A program made the position numbers and the translations under genes. Positions 40,022-49,171 of a stretch of DNA of 64,000 bases are shown in pieces. Below the pieces are notes generated by a model. It was not told where the DNA came from. It made no database searches and saw nothing but the letters and a program-made list of their open reading frames with translations. The DNA comes from a virus, in IMG/VR virus record IMGVR_UViG_3300025319_000005, positions 127,289 through 191,288 of that record; one strand, written 5' to 3'. Each line of letters starts with the position of its first letter. The stretch's first letter is position 1.

Positions 40022-40450
40022 TTAAGTAAGTGCTAATATTTTTTTATCTATTTCTGTTAATGAAGAAATTCCTTTTTCACTTATTTTATCCAATACAGCA
40101 TCTGAATTGAGATTTTCTCTAATAAATGAAGTTGTCAAGTAATTTAAATAATCTTTTTTCGATTCTCCAGATATTTCTAATGAATTACCAAATAAAACAA
40201 ACTTTGTGATGTCTTCATAGGAAAAATTAATTTCACATCTCAAATATTCGGTAAATAATTTTTCAATTGTCGAATCATCAACAACTGCATACATTGCTTC
40301 AAATCCTTCTTTTGTAGTAAATTCAATACATTCAAAAGAATTATATAACTCACATAATTCCACTACATAAGAATCTTCAAGTTTTCCAACAATTGTTTCC
40401 ATTTGTTTAACTGTGTGTTTTGTTATTACTTTAATGAATTTCATAATCAT
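40022..40450 (-). CDS. Hypothetical protein with DUF6576-like C-terminus
   Basis: DAVLDKISEKGISSLTEIDKKIL. Confidence 0.6.
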   Translation of the reverse strand: MIMKFIKVITKHTVKQMETIVGKLEDSYVVELCELYNSFECIEFTTKEGFEAMYAVVDDSTIEKLFTEYLRCEINFSYEDITKFVLFGNSLEISGESKKDYLNYLTTSFIRENLNSDAVLDKISEKGISSLTEIDKKILALT

Positions 40451-40521
40451 TAGTTTTTAATAAATACTAATCCTTTCCTATTAAAACGAATTTTAGCACA
40501 ATTTGTTGCAAAATTTTAAAT

Positions 40522-40788
40522 TTAAGAGAATATCATTCTCGTATTTGATTGGAAAATACAATAATAATCTCCATCTTCGTATTTTGTATTCCAAATACCA
40601 TTTTTTGTTTTTTCATCCCACTCAGCAACAGCTTCTTGTTTTGATACATTTTTTGTTATATCAATCCATAAATTATCAAATCTGTCATATAGCCTTACAA
40701 TATATTCTTCTTTTTCTTCTAAAGAATCAATAATTCGATGACGTTCTAATATTCTTTGATTCTTTTCATACTTTGTTCTTTTGCTCAT
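40522..40788 (-). CDS. Hypothetical protein
   Basis: YIVRLYDRFDNLWID..DYYCIF. Confidence 0.6.
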   Translation of the reverse strand: MSKRTKYEKNQRILERHRIIDSLEEKEEYIVRLYDRFDNLWIDITKNVSKQEAVAEWDEKTKNGIWNTKYEDGDYYCIFQSNTRMIFS

Positions 40789-40789
40789 A

Positions 40790-41446
40790 TTATTTACAGT
40801 TTTTTAAATAAACACATTCCATATGTTTTTTATTAGTTCCCATCATCTCTTTTAATGATTTAAAATTTAACCATTTATCATTTTGATTACCACAAACTAT
40901 AACCTGTGTATCTAAAGAATTTATTATATTTTTAAGCTTATCATAATCAACTTTCCAATATGTGTATTTGTGAGATTGAACGGAATAAGGTGGGTCTATA
41001 AAATATGTGAAATTTTCATTTACTGGCATGGTCATAGCATCCTTTTGATAAATTTTCCAATGTTTTATTTTATATACTTCGCCTGCAATCCTTTTTCTAT
41101 CTTTTTCCCACGTACTCCTTACGCTCATTATGTTATTTGGTCGCGCCGCTCCCCTATTTCCTTGATAACCTATTAACCACCTTTCTTCATTACTTAAACT
41201 TTTTATGGTTCGTAAATCAAAACCAGGAGGAGCATCTGGTAAATTTAAAATATCATTTGCAGTTGCACCTTGCAAATATTTCCAGATTTTAAAAACTTTA
41301 TCATATGTTTCATAAAGAATTACATTTTTTTCAAAATATTCTAATGAATATCTTGCAAATCCAGCAAATGGCTCTATAATAGTGTCTTTTTCTGGAGCTG
41401 GATAACATCCTTTGACTTTCGATTTGGTACCGTAATAGCTAATCAT
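40790..41446 (-). CDS. DNA adenine methyltransferase-like protein (Dam/D12 class)
   Basis: SYYGTK, IEPFAG and FIDPPY motifs. Confidence 0.8.
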   Translation of the reverse strand: MISYYGTKSKVKGCYPAPEKDTIIEPFAGFARYSLEYFEKNVILYETYDKVFKIWKYLQGATANDILNLPDAPPGFDLRTIKSLSNEERWLIGYQGNRGAARPNNIMSVRSTWEKDRKRIAGEVYKIKHWKIYQKDAMTMPVNENFTYFIDPPYSVQSHKYTYWKVDYDKLKNIINSLDTQVIVCGNQNDKWLNFKSLKEMMGTNKKHMECVYLKNCK

Positions 41447-41534
41447 GTTTTTATGTTTTTAATTGTTTATGCAAAAATACTATTTTTTTATTAACATTGT
41501 TGTTTGCTGGATATTTTTTAATTAAAATTGCACT

Positions 41535-42320
41535 ATGGAAAATAATGTTACAAAAATAGAAAAAGAAGGCGTTTCATATATATGTGCCCCTGATTTAAAA
41601 AAACAACATATTAACAAATTCATAAGCTTCACTCCGTTTGAGATAGAAAGATGCGCTCAATTTTCTATTGATATGATGAACAATAAGAACAAACCCAGAG
41701 GAAAACACGCAAAAGAAAACAGGCAAAGAGATGATGAAGAATATCTTTTCAACTGGTTTATTGGCTCATTGGGAGAAGTTGCAACCTATAACAAAGCATT
41801 AAAATCAACAATAGATTGTTCTCCAGTTGATTTAACAATGATTGAAGGTTTTGATAATCAAGATTTTATATTTTTTGATAAATTTCCGATAAGCGTAAAA
41901 TCGACTAAGCATTATGGAGGAAACATGTTATTAGAAGACGATAAATATGATTTAGACGCACTTTATTTGCATAGTGAAGGTGGTAAAACTACTCCTTTGG
42001 AAGTAACTGCATTTATAGGCGTTGCAGTTGGATTAGATAAATATAGATTTGATGAAGGTCTTAAAAAAGAAGATTACAAAAAATTTCTAATGTCATTAAA
42101 CCCAAAATATCACATTTATGGTTTTTTAGGAAAAAATGATTTAAAAAAAGAAAAGGAAAAAGGGAATCTTTTTTTAAAACACACAATAATAAGCGGAAAA
42201 ACAAAAATGGAAGAAAATAATGTTGTTATACGTTTAGATGCATTAAGACCATTTGAAGGGCTCATAAAATTAAAAGAAAAAATTTTAAAAGAAAAAAATG
42301 AAGAAATTGAAATTAGGTAG
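41535..42320 (+). CDS. Putative restriction endonuclease-like (PD-(D/E)XK) protein
   Basis: GSLGEVA..D..ISVKSTK; overlaps a C5 methyltransferase. Confidence 0.55.
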   Translation: MENNVTKIEKEGVSYICAPDLKKQHINKFISFTPFEIERCAQFSIDMMNNKNKPRGKHAKENRQRDDEEYLFNWFIGSLGEVATYNKALKSTIDCSPVDLTMIEGFDNQDFIFFDKFPISVKSTKHYGGNMLLEDDKYDLDALYLHSEGGKTTPLEVTAFIGVAVGLDKYRFDEGLKKEDYKKFLMSLNPKYHIYGFLGKNDLKKEKEKGNLFLKHTIISGKTKMEENNVVIRLDALRPFEGLIKLKEKILKEKNEEIEIR

Positions 42321-43239
42321 TCTATACTCTGGAGTAGAAGGGATAGGGTTAGGATTTGAACAGGCTGGTTCAGAAACTTTATGGGCAAATGAAATGGATG
42401 CGAACGCATGCAAAACAATAATGGCTAATTTCAACAACAAAGTATATGAATGTAAAGTTGAAGAATTAAAACCAGATTCTTTGGTGCCAGTTGATATTTT
42501 AACTGCAGGTTTTCCATGCCAGAGCTTCAGTATTGCTGGATATCAAAAAGGGTTTGAAGATGAAAGGGGACATCATTTTTTTGAAGTTATTCGATTAGCA
42601 AAAATAATTAAACCAAAAGTAATATTTCTTGAAAATGTTAAAAACCTTAAATCACACGACAAAGGTAAAACATTTCAAATAATGTGCGATACACTTACTA
42701 ATATTGGTTATAATTTTAAATACGATATTTTAAATACATACGAATATGGAAATATTCCACAAAACAGAGAGCGAATTTATATAGTCTGTTTTAGAAATGA
42801 TTTAGATATAACAAAATTTGAATTTCCAAATAAAATACCTTTAACCTTATCTTTTGAAGAGTTATTAGAAAATAATGTAGATGAAAAATTTTATTATAGA
42901 GAAGATAAATACAACTACACACAATTAGCAGAAACAATGACCAAAACAGATACTGTTTATCAATGGAGAAGAGTCTATGCTAGGGAGAACAAAAAAGGAT
43001 TATGTCCAACGTTAACCGCAAACATGGGAACTGGAGGTCACAATGTTCCGCTTATTTTAACAAAAGAAGGAATAAGAAAATTAACTCCAAGAGAATGTTT
43101 TAATTTACAAGGTTTTCCGTTGAATTTTATTTTACCAGATAAAATGTCTAATGCTCAATTGTACAAGCAGGCAGGAAATAGCGTAAGTGTTCCAGTAATC
43201 AAAAGAATAGCTGAAAACATATTAAATGCATTGAATTAA
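42298..43239 (+). CDS. dcm: DNA (cytosine-5) methyltransferase
   Basis: GFPCQSFS, ENVKNL, PQNRERIY, LTPREC, QAGNSV motifs. Confidence 0.95.
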   Translation: MKKLKLGSLYSGVEGIGLGFEQAGSETLWANEMDANACKTIMANFNNKVYECKVEELKPDSLVPVDILTAGFPCQSFSIAGYQKGFEDERGHHFFEVIRLAKIIKPKVIFLENVKNLKSHDKGKTFQIMCDTLTNIGYNFKYDILNTYEYGNIPQNRERIYIVCFRNDLDITKFEFPNKIPLTLSFEELLENNVDEKFYYREDKYNYTQLAETMTKTDTVYQWRRVYARENKKGLCPTLTANMGTGGHNVPLILTKEGIRKLTPRECFNLQGFPLNFILPDKMSNAQLYKQAGNSVSVPVIKRIAENILNALN

Positions 43240-43481
43240 TATTCAATTTCTCCTGATTTATAAACCGTGAATGTTGTTGAAATATACTGTATCGGTTTTG
43301 TGACTTTAACATTAATATACATTACGCCTTTATTTTTTTCTGGATATTTTTCAAATATTACAAATCTGGTGTTTTCATCATGATTAGCGAAATGCATTTC
43401 ATCAATTTTGTAATCACCCGTAGCTAATAGTTCAACAATTTTGCCAACAGAATTTAATGATTCATCATTATTTTTTTTCAT
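43236..43481 (-). CDS. Small protein resembling a tail-sheath C-terminal fragment
   Basis: DENTRFVIFEKY..INVKVTKPIQYISTTFTVYKSG. Confidence 0.5.
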   Translation of the reverse strand: MKKNNDESLNSVGKIVELLATGDYKIDEMHFANHDENTRFVIFEKYPEKNKGVMYINVKVTKPIQYISTTFTVYKSGEIEY

Positions 43482-43729
43482 GATTTCATATTTTTAAACA
43501 TTAAGCTTTCCATTGAGACTTGAAATTCTGTTTCAAATACAGGACTAGCCACTAAATCATAAGAAAATAATGAAATATCTATTTCACTTGTATAAATTCC
43601 AGGACTTACAAACATTTTAGGACTAGCCCACCAAATAGGAACGTTTCCATAACAATCAAATTTGGGAGTATAATAACGTCTACCAAAGTATTTTTCAATT
43701 ATAACAAATCTTGTAAATATGTTTTCCAT
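43478..43729 (-). CDS. Small protein containing a tail-sheath N-terminal motif
   Basis: TRFVIIEKY; FVSPGIYTSEIDIS. Confidence 0.55.
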   Translation of the reverse strand: MENIFTRFVIIEKYFGRRYYTPKFDCYGNVPIWWASPKMFVSPGIYTSEIDISLFSYDLVASPVFETEFQVSMESLMFKNMKS

Positions 43730-43735
43730 TATTTA

Positions 43736-44554
43736 TTACAAATTTCTATTTCTACCATCAAATATCATCATCATCTCTGTAGAACCGCTTCTTACTGGGA
43801 TAAAATAATCATTTTCAAATACTATGCTATTTAAACTAGTTGAGCCTGATACATTATTGTTCCACCGATTAACTTTTGGTTTATATTTTTCAAAAAGAAC
43901 AATTCTTGAATAAACATCTTCTCTTTCAAATGTGTAATCAAAATAATTTAACATTCCAGTAGATGCTGATAATGGTTGAACCGGGACGAGATCAAGAGCT
44001 ATAGTTTGTGCAAAAACTTGCCTTATCATAGGAAATACTATTCCGTCAAAATTTGTTTCTTCCTTTTTTTTCTTGAATATTTTATTCCAGATAGAAACAA
44101 AAAATGATTTTATTTTTAAGAATATCTTTTTCCACTTAGAGTCAAAACTTCTACTACTAACACCAATAATAGAAGATGAAAATTTACGTATTAAATCATT
44201 AGTTTCTTTTGTAGTTAATTTTCCAACCGGAACTGTATATGTTCTTTGTATCGGACTATTAACATCATTTATAAAACAAGATGCTTGATTTTCATATAAT
44301 TGAACAATATTACTTTTTTGATAACCGTGTAAACCATCAAGGAATCCTGAGTTTTTCCAATTTTTATAAATAATCTTTCTTTGATTTTCTAAATCTATGG
44401 ATTTGTTGTGTTTTTCAAAGAGAACTTCTCTGGTTTCAGAACTGCTTTCTTCTTCTACTTTTTTGGTTTCATTTACGAGATTTGTCCAATTACTAATAAC
44501 ATTGAACACAGAATTATCTCTTTCGGTTATTTTTATATCTAAAGGCATGTGCAA
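43736..44554 (-). CDS. Mosaic protein of major-capsid-like and portal-like fragments
   Basis: WKNSGFLDGL..QLYENQA and FPMIRQVFAQTIALDLVPVQPL..TGML.YFD (gp23-like); ENDYFIPVR (gp20-like). Confidence 0.65.
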   Translation of the reverse strand: MHMPLDIKITERDNSVFNVISNWTNLVNETKKVEEESSSETREVLFEKHNKSIDLENQRKIIYKNWKNSGFLDGLHGYQKSNIVQLYENQASCFINDVNSPIQRTYTVPVGKLTTKETNDLIRKFSSSIIGVSSRSFDSKWKKIFLKIKSFFVSIWNKIFKKKKEETNFDGIVFPMIRQVFAQTIALDLVPVQPLSASTGMLNYFDYTFEREDVYSRIVLFEKYKPKVNRWNNNVSGSTSLNSIVFENDYFIPVRSGSTEMMMIFDGRNRNL

Positions 44555-44601
44555 TTTTAACTTATATTTTTGTTAAAATCAATTTTTTAGTTGCCTATTT
44601 T

Positions 44602-45069
44602 TTAGTCACCTTTTGTAGAAATGTTTTTTTCTTGGTTTCTGGTAAGTTCGTTTTCTACACCTATAGATATGCTTCTAAAAGATTCTGGCGATTTTTCAAT
44701 AATTTTTAAAATACTTTCAAAATCAAATCTTTGAGCCGAAAATTGTTTTGGCTTATTTAAACTTCCACCAACGTCAACTTTCCATACATACCATTTTGTA
44801 TCTGGCTCTGTGTATATTACTTTGGATTTTTCCCAATTCTGAATAGCTTCTTCTCCTGTGTTTGAAACTGAATTTGATGGCCAGGAACTTGGGATATTAA
44901 TACTTTTCTTAATTTCGTAAACTTCTGGCTTATTGCTATAATGAACCAAATCAATTAATTTCAACAAAAAATAGTTCATTTCTTCAGTAGAATATTCTCC
45001 TGGTTTTGATGTGTTTTCAAAATATGATTCGAAAAGACACTTTCTTATTATTTTTCTAATTTGTTCCAT
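44602..45069 (-). CDS. Putative virion protein
   Basis: MEQIRKIIRKCLFE tag; CTATTTA upstream. Confidence 0.6.
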   Translation of the reverse strand: MEQIRKIIRKCLFESYFENTSKPGEYSTEEMNYFLLKLIDLVHYSNKPEVYEIKKSINIPSSWPSNSVSNTGEEAIQNWEKSKVIYTEPDTKWYVWKVDVGGSLNKPKQFSAQRFDFESILKIIEKSPESFRSISIGVENELTRNQEKNISTKGD

Positions 45070-45106
45070 TGATGATAAATAGATTTAAAATTCTATTTAT
45101 CTTTGT

Positions 45107-45562
45107 ATGAGAAACATCAGAAAAATGATAAGGAAAATCTTAATAGAGGAATCAAAACCCACGGTTGTTTATTCTGCTGTTGTTATTGAGAAACTTGAAG
45201 GTATTGGGAAGTTGGATTTGATTTTTAGTAAGTACATCGAAAACGGTTGGCAAAAACCGGTTCATTATCATATGACAATCGGACCGGGAAAATTTCCTGA
45301 GAGCTTGTATTTAAAAGGAGATTTAGATAAAGAAGTAACATTAGAAATAACGTCTGTAGGAATTTCAGAAAATGCTATAGCATTGGGAGTTTCAGGATAT
45401 TATTCAAGAAATGACAATCCACACATTACTATTGCTTTCAATAAAGAAAACGGAGGAAATCCGGAAGATAGCAAAGTGATTGAAAATTGGGGACATATTG
45501 ATAATTTTTATGTGACTGGAATAATAAGAGAAGTTGGCGAAAATAATTTAGTTATTAAATAA
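45107..45562 (+). CDS. 2H phosphoesterase (RNA-repair CPDase-like) with virion tag
   Basis: HMT and PHIT motifs; IRKMIRKILIEE N-terminus. Confidence 0.7.
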   Translation: MRNIRKMIRKILIEESKPTVVYSAVVIEKLEGIGKLDLIFSKYIENGWQKPVHYHMTIGPGKFPESLYLKGDLDKEVTLEITSVGISENAIALGVSGYYSRNDNPHITIAFNKENGGNPEDSKVIENWGHIDNFYVTGIIREVGENNLVIK

Positions 45563-45566
45563 TTAG

Positions 45567-45645
45567 TACCTTCAATAGGATTCGAACCTACATTTTCAGC
45601 TCCGTTACACTTATTGAGTCCGTAGCTCAATGTGGCTATAAAGGC
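45567..45645 (-). tRNA. Atypical tRNA-Arg(ACG) lacking a D arm
   Basis: Acceptor GCCTTTA/TGAAGGT; ATTGAG-CTACGGA-CTCAAT; GTAGG-TTCGAAT-CCTAT. Confidence 0.65.
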
Positions 45646-45646
45646 A

Positions 45647-46333
45647 TTATATTAATTCATATCGTTTTGCCCACTTTCTCACCGCAACATCACTAACTCC
45701 AAATTTTCTACCAAGTGCACAATATGAATTATTTTCTATCATTTCTTTTAATTCTTCTTTAGAGGGTCTGTTTTTTACTTTTCTAAAATTTAATCTAGGT
45801 ACATATTTTCTCGTTGTTTTTTTATTTGTTTTATTTTTTTTTGCATTTTTTCTGTCTACGCCAATTTTACCACGGCAATGAGTTTCTAATGTGAAATTGC
45901 AGTTTGGACATAAAAATCTTAAGTTTTCTAATCTATTATCATTATTTATTCCGTTTTCGTGGTCAATAATTAAACTAATTTTTTTACCTCTCCATATTTC
46001 TCCTTGTCCACATTCTTTACATTCATATTCTATCATGTTATTATCTCGTATTCTTTTTTTTAAACAAGCCCTTGCAACAGAACTGTTTTCACAAAAAATT
46101 TCTTCATCACTTTTCCTTAATAATCTGTCTTCATTAAACATTTTTTTAGCAAAATCACTACGGTTTAAAAAATGAGAAGTATCTATTGACCATTTATTTA
46201 AATTTGTTTTAAGTATTTTATAAGATGAAGAAGAATCGCTTCTTCCAGATTTTACTATAACATCTCTAAATGTGATGCTTTCAGATACTAATTTTTGTAA
46301 TTCTTCTTTTGTATATTCTTTATGTTCTTTCAT
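45647..46333 (-). CDS. HNH homing endonuclease
   Basis: CKECG..DHENGINNDNRLENLRFLCPNC. Confidence 0.88.
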   Translation of the reverse strand: MKEHKEYTKEELQKLVSESITFRDVIVKSGRSDSSSSYKILKTNLNKWSIDTSHFLNRSDFAKKMFNEDRLLRKSDEEIFCENSSVARACLKKRIRDNNMIEYECKECGQGEIWRGKKISLIIDHENGINNDNRLENLRFLCPNCNFTLETHCRGKIGVDRKNAKKNKTNKKTTRKYVPRLNFRKVKNRPSKEELKEMIENNSYCALGRKFGVSDVAVRKWAKRYELI

Positions 46334-46390
46334 AATTCTAACTTATTTTAATGTAAATAGGTTAGAATTTTTTAATAAAGTAAATAGTTG

Positions 46391-46466
46391 AGGATAAGAA
46401 GAGAATTAAACTCCTGTTAAATATGTTTTGCAGACATATCCCGATTTCAACATTGGGTACTTATCC
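46391..46466 (-). tRNA. tRNA-Cys(GCA)
   Basis: GGATAAG/CTTATCC; CT-GCA-AA; U discriminator. Confidence 0.85.
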
Positions 46467-46480
46467 TTGTAAAAATTAAA

Positions 46481-46750
46481 AAAGTAAAATCCTAAGTATA
46501 GCCGCGATTTTGTTCTATCTCATCATTTATCTGAAGGTATTGCTACCAACTGGAGACTTTAAACGTCTACCACGCACCTACCCGACTATCAACAACGTAA
46601 AGGTTCCCCGTCTACAGTCTGTTTGGCTTGCATCCTATGTTGCGGAAGTACATACGCTATTTGTTATAGCTTCTTCCTCCTTTTAAAAGATGTCGCGAAC
46701 TTCCTCTCGATTTTAAGAATCGAGCGATGAGTCCTTCAGGATTTTACTTT
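46481..46750 (-). ncRNA. rnpB: RNase P RNA (compact)
   Basis: P1 AAAGTAAAATCCT/AGGATTTTACTTT; CR-I-like GAGAGGAAGTTCGCG; CR-V-like AGAACAAAATCGCGGCTATA. Confidence 0.85.
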
Positions 46751-46755
46751 TCTTG

Positions 46756-46827
46756 AGGCTCCACTGACAATCGATGTCAGGACTCAAATTTACAAGATTC
46801 GTGTTTTGCCACTTAAACTACGGAGCC
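46756..46827 (-). tRNA. tRNA-Thr(TGT)
   Basis: Cloverleaf with CT-TGT-AA. Confidence 0.9.
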
Positions 46828-46843
46828 ATTATTTGTTCTTATG

Positions 46844-46917
46844 TGGAATCTACCGGCATTGAACCGGTCTCTCAGGCGTGCAAGGCAAGTGTTCTAAGCC
46901 AAATGAACTAAGACCCC
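46844..46917 (-). tRNA. tRNA-Ala(TGC)
   Basis: GGGGTCT/AGATTCC with G3:U70; CT-TGC-AC. Confidence 0.88.
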
Positions 46918-46955
46918 AATTTAATTTGTTCAAAGTACAAATTATTAAAAACTTT

Positions 46956-47031
46956 TGGCGAGTATGACCGGTCCTGACCCGGCGACCTCCTCATAGACAG
47001 TGAGGCATTCTTCCAACTGAACTACACACTC
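46956..47031 (-). tRNA. tRNA-Asp(GTC)
   Basis: Cloverleaf with encoded GCCA end. Confidence 0.9.
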
Positions 47032-47043
47032 ATTATTTTTTAA

Positions 47044-47352
47044 AAAAGTAAGACGCCATTTCGCTGATAGCGTTTTTTGTGTTCTGTTTAATGCGCCAAA
47101 GAACATCTGATTATGTTCAGCATTTAGCGTTCATGCTTGGTTATTATAACATACTAACATTCCTAATATTGTCTGATTACCTATTTTGAGTTTGCATAGT
47201 AGGTTGATTTTTATTTCCAGGGTAAAAATCAACAAACAAACCTAACGTCTGATAAACTTTATTTTTCATCCGGTAAACGTTTTGTACATTGTTTAGTTCA
47301 TTAGGCTAAAACAACACGTCTTTTTCACGGACAACATTAGTAACTTACTTTT
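47044..47352 (-). ncRNA. Unassigned structured RNA of about 300 nt
   Basis: Closing stem AAAAGTAAG/CTTACTTTT; long-range CTAATGTTGTC/GACAATATTAG; several hairpins; no ORF of 60 aa or more. Confidence 0.6.
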
Positions 47353-47356
47353 CTTG

Positions 47357-47430
47357 TAGTGCATCTGAGAATTGAACTCAGTACTTCCACGTTATCGGCG
47401 TGGCACTCTGGACCGATGAGTTAATGCACT
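47357..47430 (-). tRNA. tRNA-Ile(GAT)
   Basis: Cloverleaf with CC-GAT-AA loop. Confidence 0.9.
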
Positions 47431-47444
47431 GTTTTTATTTAAAG

Positions 47445-47517
47445 TCTAGGTGGCCTGCTCCGACCAGGCGGTCTCCAGTTCCCAAAACTGGCGGATTTCC
47501 AACTTTCCCACACCTAG
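47445..47517 (-). tRNA. tRNA-Pro(TGG)
   Basis: CTAGGTG/CACCTAG; TT-TGG-GA. Confidence 0.9.
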
Positions 47518-47555
47518 AAATTTTGTTTATCTTTCCAAACTGTCTTTTAATAAGA

Positions 47556-47618
47556 GTTCAAGCTCGGTTATCCACCGATTCGAAGGACTGCATTAGCCTT
47601 CTCTGCAGACACTTGAAC
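47556..47618 (-). ncRNA. Small three-stem RNA with a possible pseudoknot
   Basis: GTTCAAG/CTTGAAC, CTGCA/TGCAG, TCGGT/ACCGA stems; GAAGG/CCTTC. Confidence 0.5.
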
Positions 47619-47620
47619 AT

Positions 47621-47696
47621 TGGAGCGAAAAACCAGGTTCAAACTGGCGACCCCCAGAGTGGAAATCTGGCGCTCTATCAACTGAGCTATTTTCGC
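47621..47696 (-). tRNA. tRNA-Gly(TCC)
   Basis: Cloverleaf with TCCA end. Confidence 0.92.
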
Positions 47697-47785
47697 TTAT
47701 GTATATAATTCTCTCAGACCATATTACCAAGATTTACTTTGGACTCACCGTATTTTAAAAGTGAGCAGAATTGTATTTAATTAAA

Positions 47786-48733
47786 TTATTCTAATAATAA
47801 TTCATCAATTGTTAAAATTGAATTTAAATTATCTATTGTTTTTTTAAATATCATTTTAACATTAATGTTGTTTTGTTCTAATACTAAACTCATTTTTGTT
47901 TTATCTATTATTGAATAATATCCTTTAGTTTCTATGTATAAGTTAAAATTTGGCAAATAAAAATCTGGCACATACGTTTTTTCAACACCTTCTTTAATAT
48001 ATTGAATATATATTTTTCTAATCCACAATATTTTATTGTCATTTAACCATTGCGACATTTTTAATTCATATTTTCCTCTTAAAGAATATTCTTCACCAAT
48101 AATATTTTTTTGTTTATAAAATTTCACATGTTTAAAATTGTTACTTATTTCATTTTCTTCTAACATCTTGGAGTGAGATTTGCTAATTTTCGATTTTTGT
48201 TCAGAAGAAAGTGGCTTTCCTAATTGGTGATGTATTCTCTTACCAGTAGCATACATTTCTTTTTGTTGCTCAGATGCTTTATTTACCCTATTATCAGTTT
48301 CCTTTGTAAGTCCTCTTGACCATCCCATTTTTGATTTAGTCTCTGCATTACTGTATTTTTTATTTTTATATTCAACTCCATCCGGTGTATGCATTTGAAA
48401 TATATGACCACATATACCAAGTTTGTGAAATATTAATTCGCAATGAGGACATTTATATTTATCTACATCAACTTTCCAAGATTCATCTACTGTTATTTGT
48501 TTTTTATTAACTGTATTACATTTATTATAATGCCTTTCAAAATTAGAAACAGAAATATTTTTATTACATTTATCACAACATTTTGTGTTTTTAGGTTTTC
48601 CAAGTAAAGAAATACTTAAATTTTTTAATCTTTCTTTTAACTTTGGATTAGATTCACAATTTACTATATGAGCACCAAATTGTTGTGGGATCTCAAACTC
48701 AAAAGACTCTTTGCAATGCGGACAAGTTTTCAT
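47786..48733 (-). CDS. Homing endonuclease-like protein (Zn fingers, NUMOD3-like, PD-(D/E)XK)
   Basis: GWSRGLTKETD; YVPDFYLP..IETKG. Confidence 0.8.
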   Translation of the reverse strand: MKTCPHCKESFEFEIPQQFGAHIVNCESNPKLKERLKNLSISLLGKPKNTKCCDKCNKNISVSNFERHYNKCNTVNKKQITVDESWKVDVDKYKCPHCELIFHKLGICGHIFQMHTPDGVEYKNKKYSNAETKSKMGWSRGLTKETDNRVNKASEQQKEMYATGKRIHHQLGKPLSSEQKSKISKSHSKMLEENEISNNFKHVKFYKQKNIIGEEYSLRGKYELKMSQWLNDNKILWIRKIYIQYIKEGVEKTYVPDFYLPNFNLYIETKGYYSIIDKTKMSLVLEQNNINVKMIFKKTIDNLNSILTIDELLLE

Positions 48734-48802
48734 ACTTTTTTATTATAAATAGTATAAAAAATTGCAGGTTAGAAAATTGTTAGCACGTTATTGTTTTTTG
48801 AG

Positions 48803-48885
48803 TGGGAGTTGATGGAGACGAGCCACCCGAGTTTTAAAACAACCGATTTACAGTCGGTCCCGCTACCCCTACGGAATAAACTCCC
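48803..48885 (-). tRNA. tRNA-Tyr(GTA)
   Basis: CT-GTA-AA with long variable arm. Confidence 0.88.
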
Positions 48886-48897
48886 ATTTTAATGTTG

Positions 48898-48969
48898 CAC
48901 AGACGGTTATAATCGAAATAACTACGTGTAGTTTTTGGAGAACTCACCGACACCAAGCCTGTCGTCTGT
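48898..48969 (-). tRNA. tRNA-Trp(CCA)
   Basis: ACAGACG/CGTCTGT; CT-CCA-AA; G discriminator. Confidence 0.8.
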
Positions 48970-49008
48970 ATTTTATCTATTTTTTAAGCTGTAAGATAAT
49001 TAGCTAAG

Positions 49009-49080
49009 TAGCGAAAACTGGAATCGAACCAATGTAGACACAGCTTATGAGACTGGTGGGAAACCAACATCCTTTTCGCA
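49009..49080 (-). tRNA. tRNA-Met(CAT), initiator-like
   Basis: CT-CAT-AA; 1:72 mismatch. Confidence 0.75.
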
Positions 49081-49093
49081 ATATATTTTTTTG

Positions 49094-49166
49094 TAGCCCC
49101 TGCCGGTCCTGACCCGACGACTTCATTCATGTAAAAAATGCACTCTACCAACTGAGTTAAGGGGCT
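49094..49166 (-). tRNA. tRNA-Val(TAC)
   Basis: Cloverleaf with TT-TAC-AT. Confidence 0.9.
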
Positions 49167-49171
49167 ATTAG

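Noticed and set aside
43736..44554. True major capsid protein gene
   Set aside because: Only N-terminal fragments in 272 aa, mixed with unrelated segments
47400..47708. 102-aa plus-strand ORF
   Set aside because: Antisense to tRNA-Ile, tRNA-Pro and tRNA-Gly
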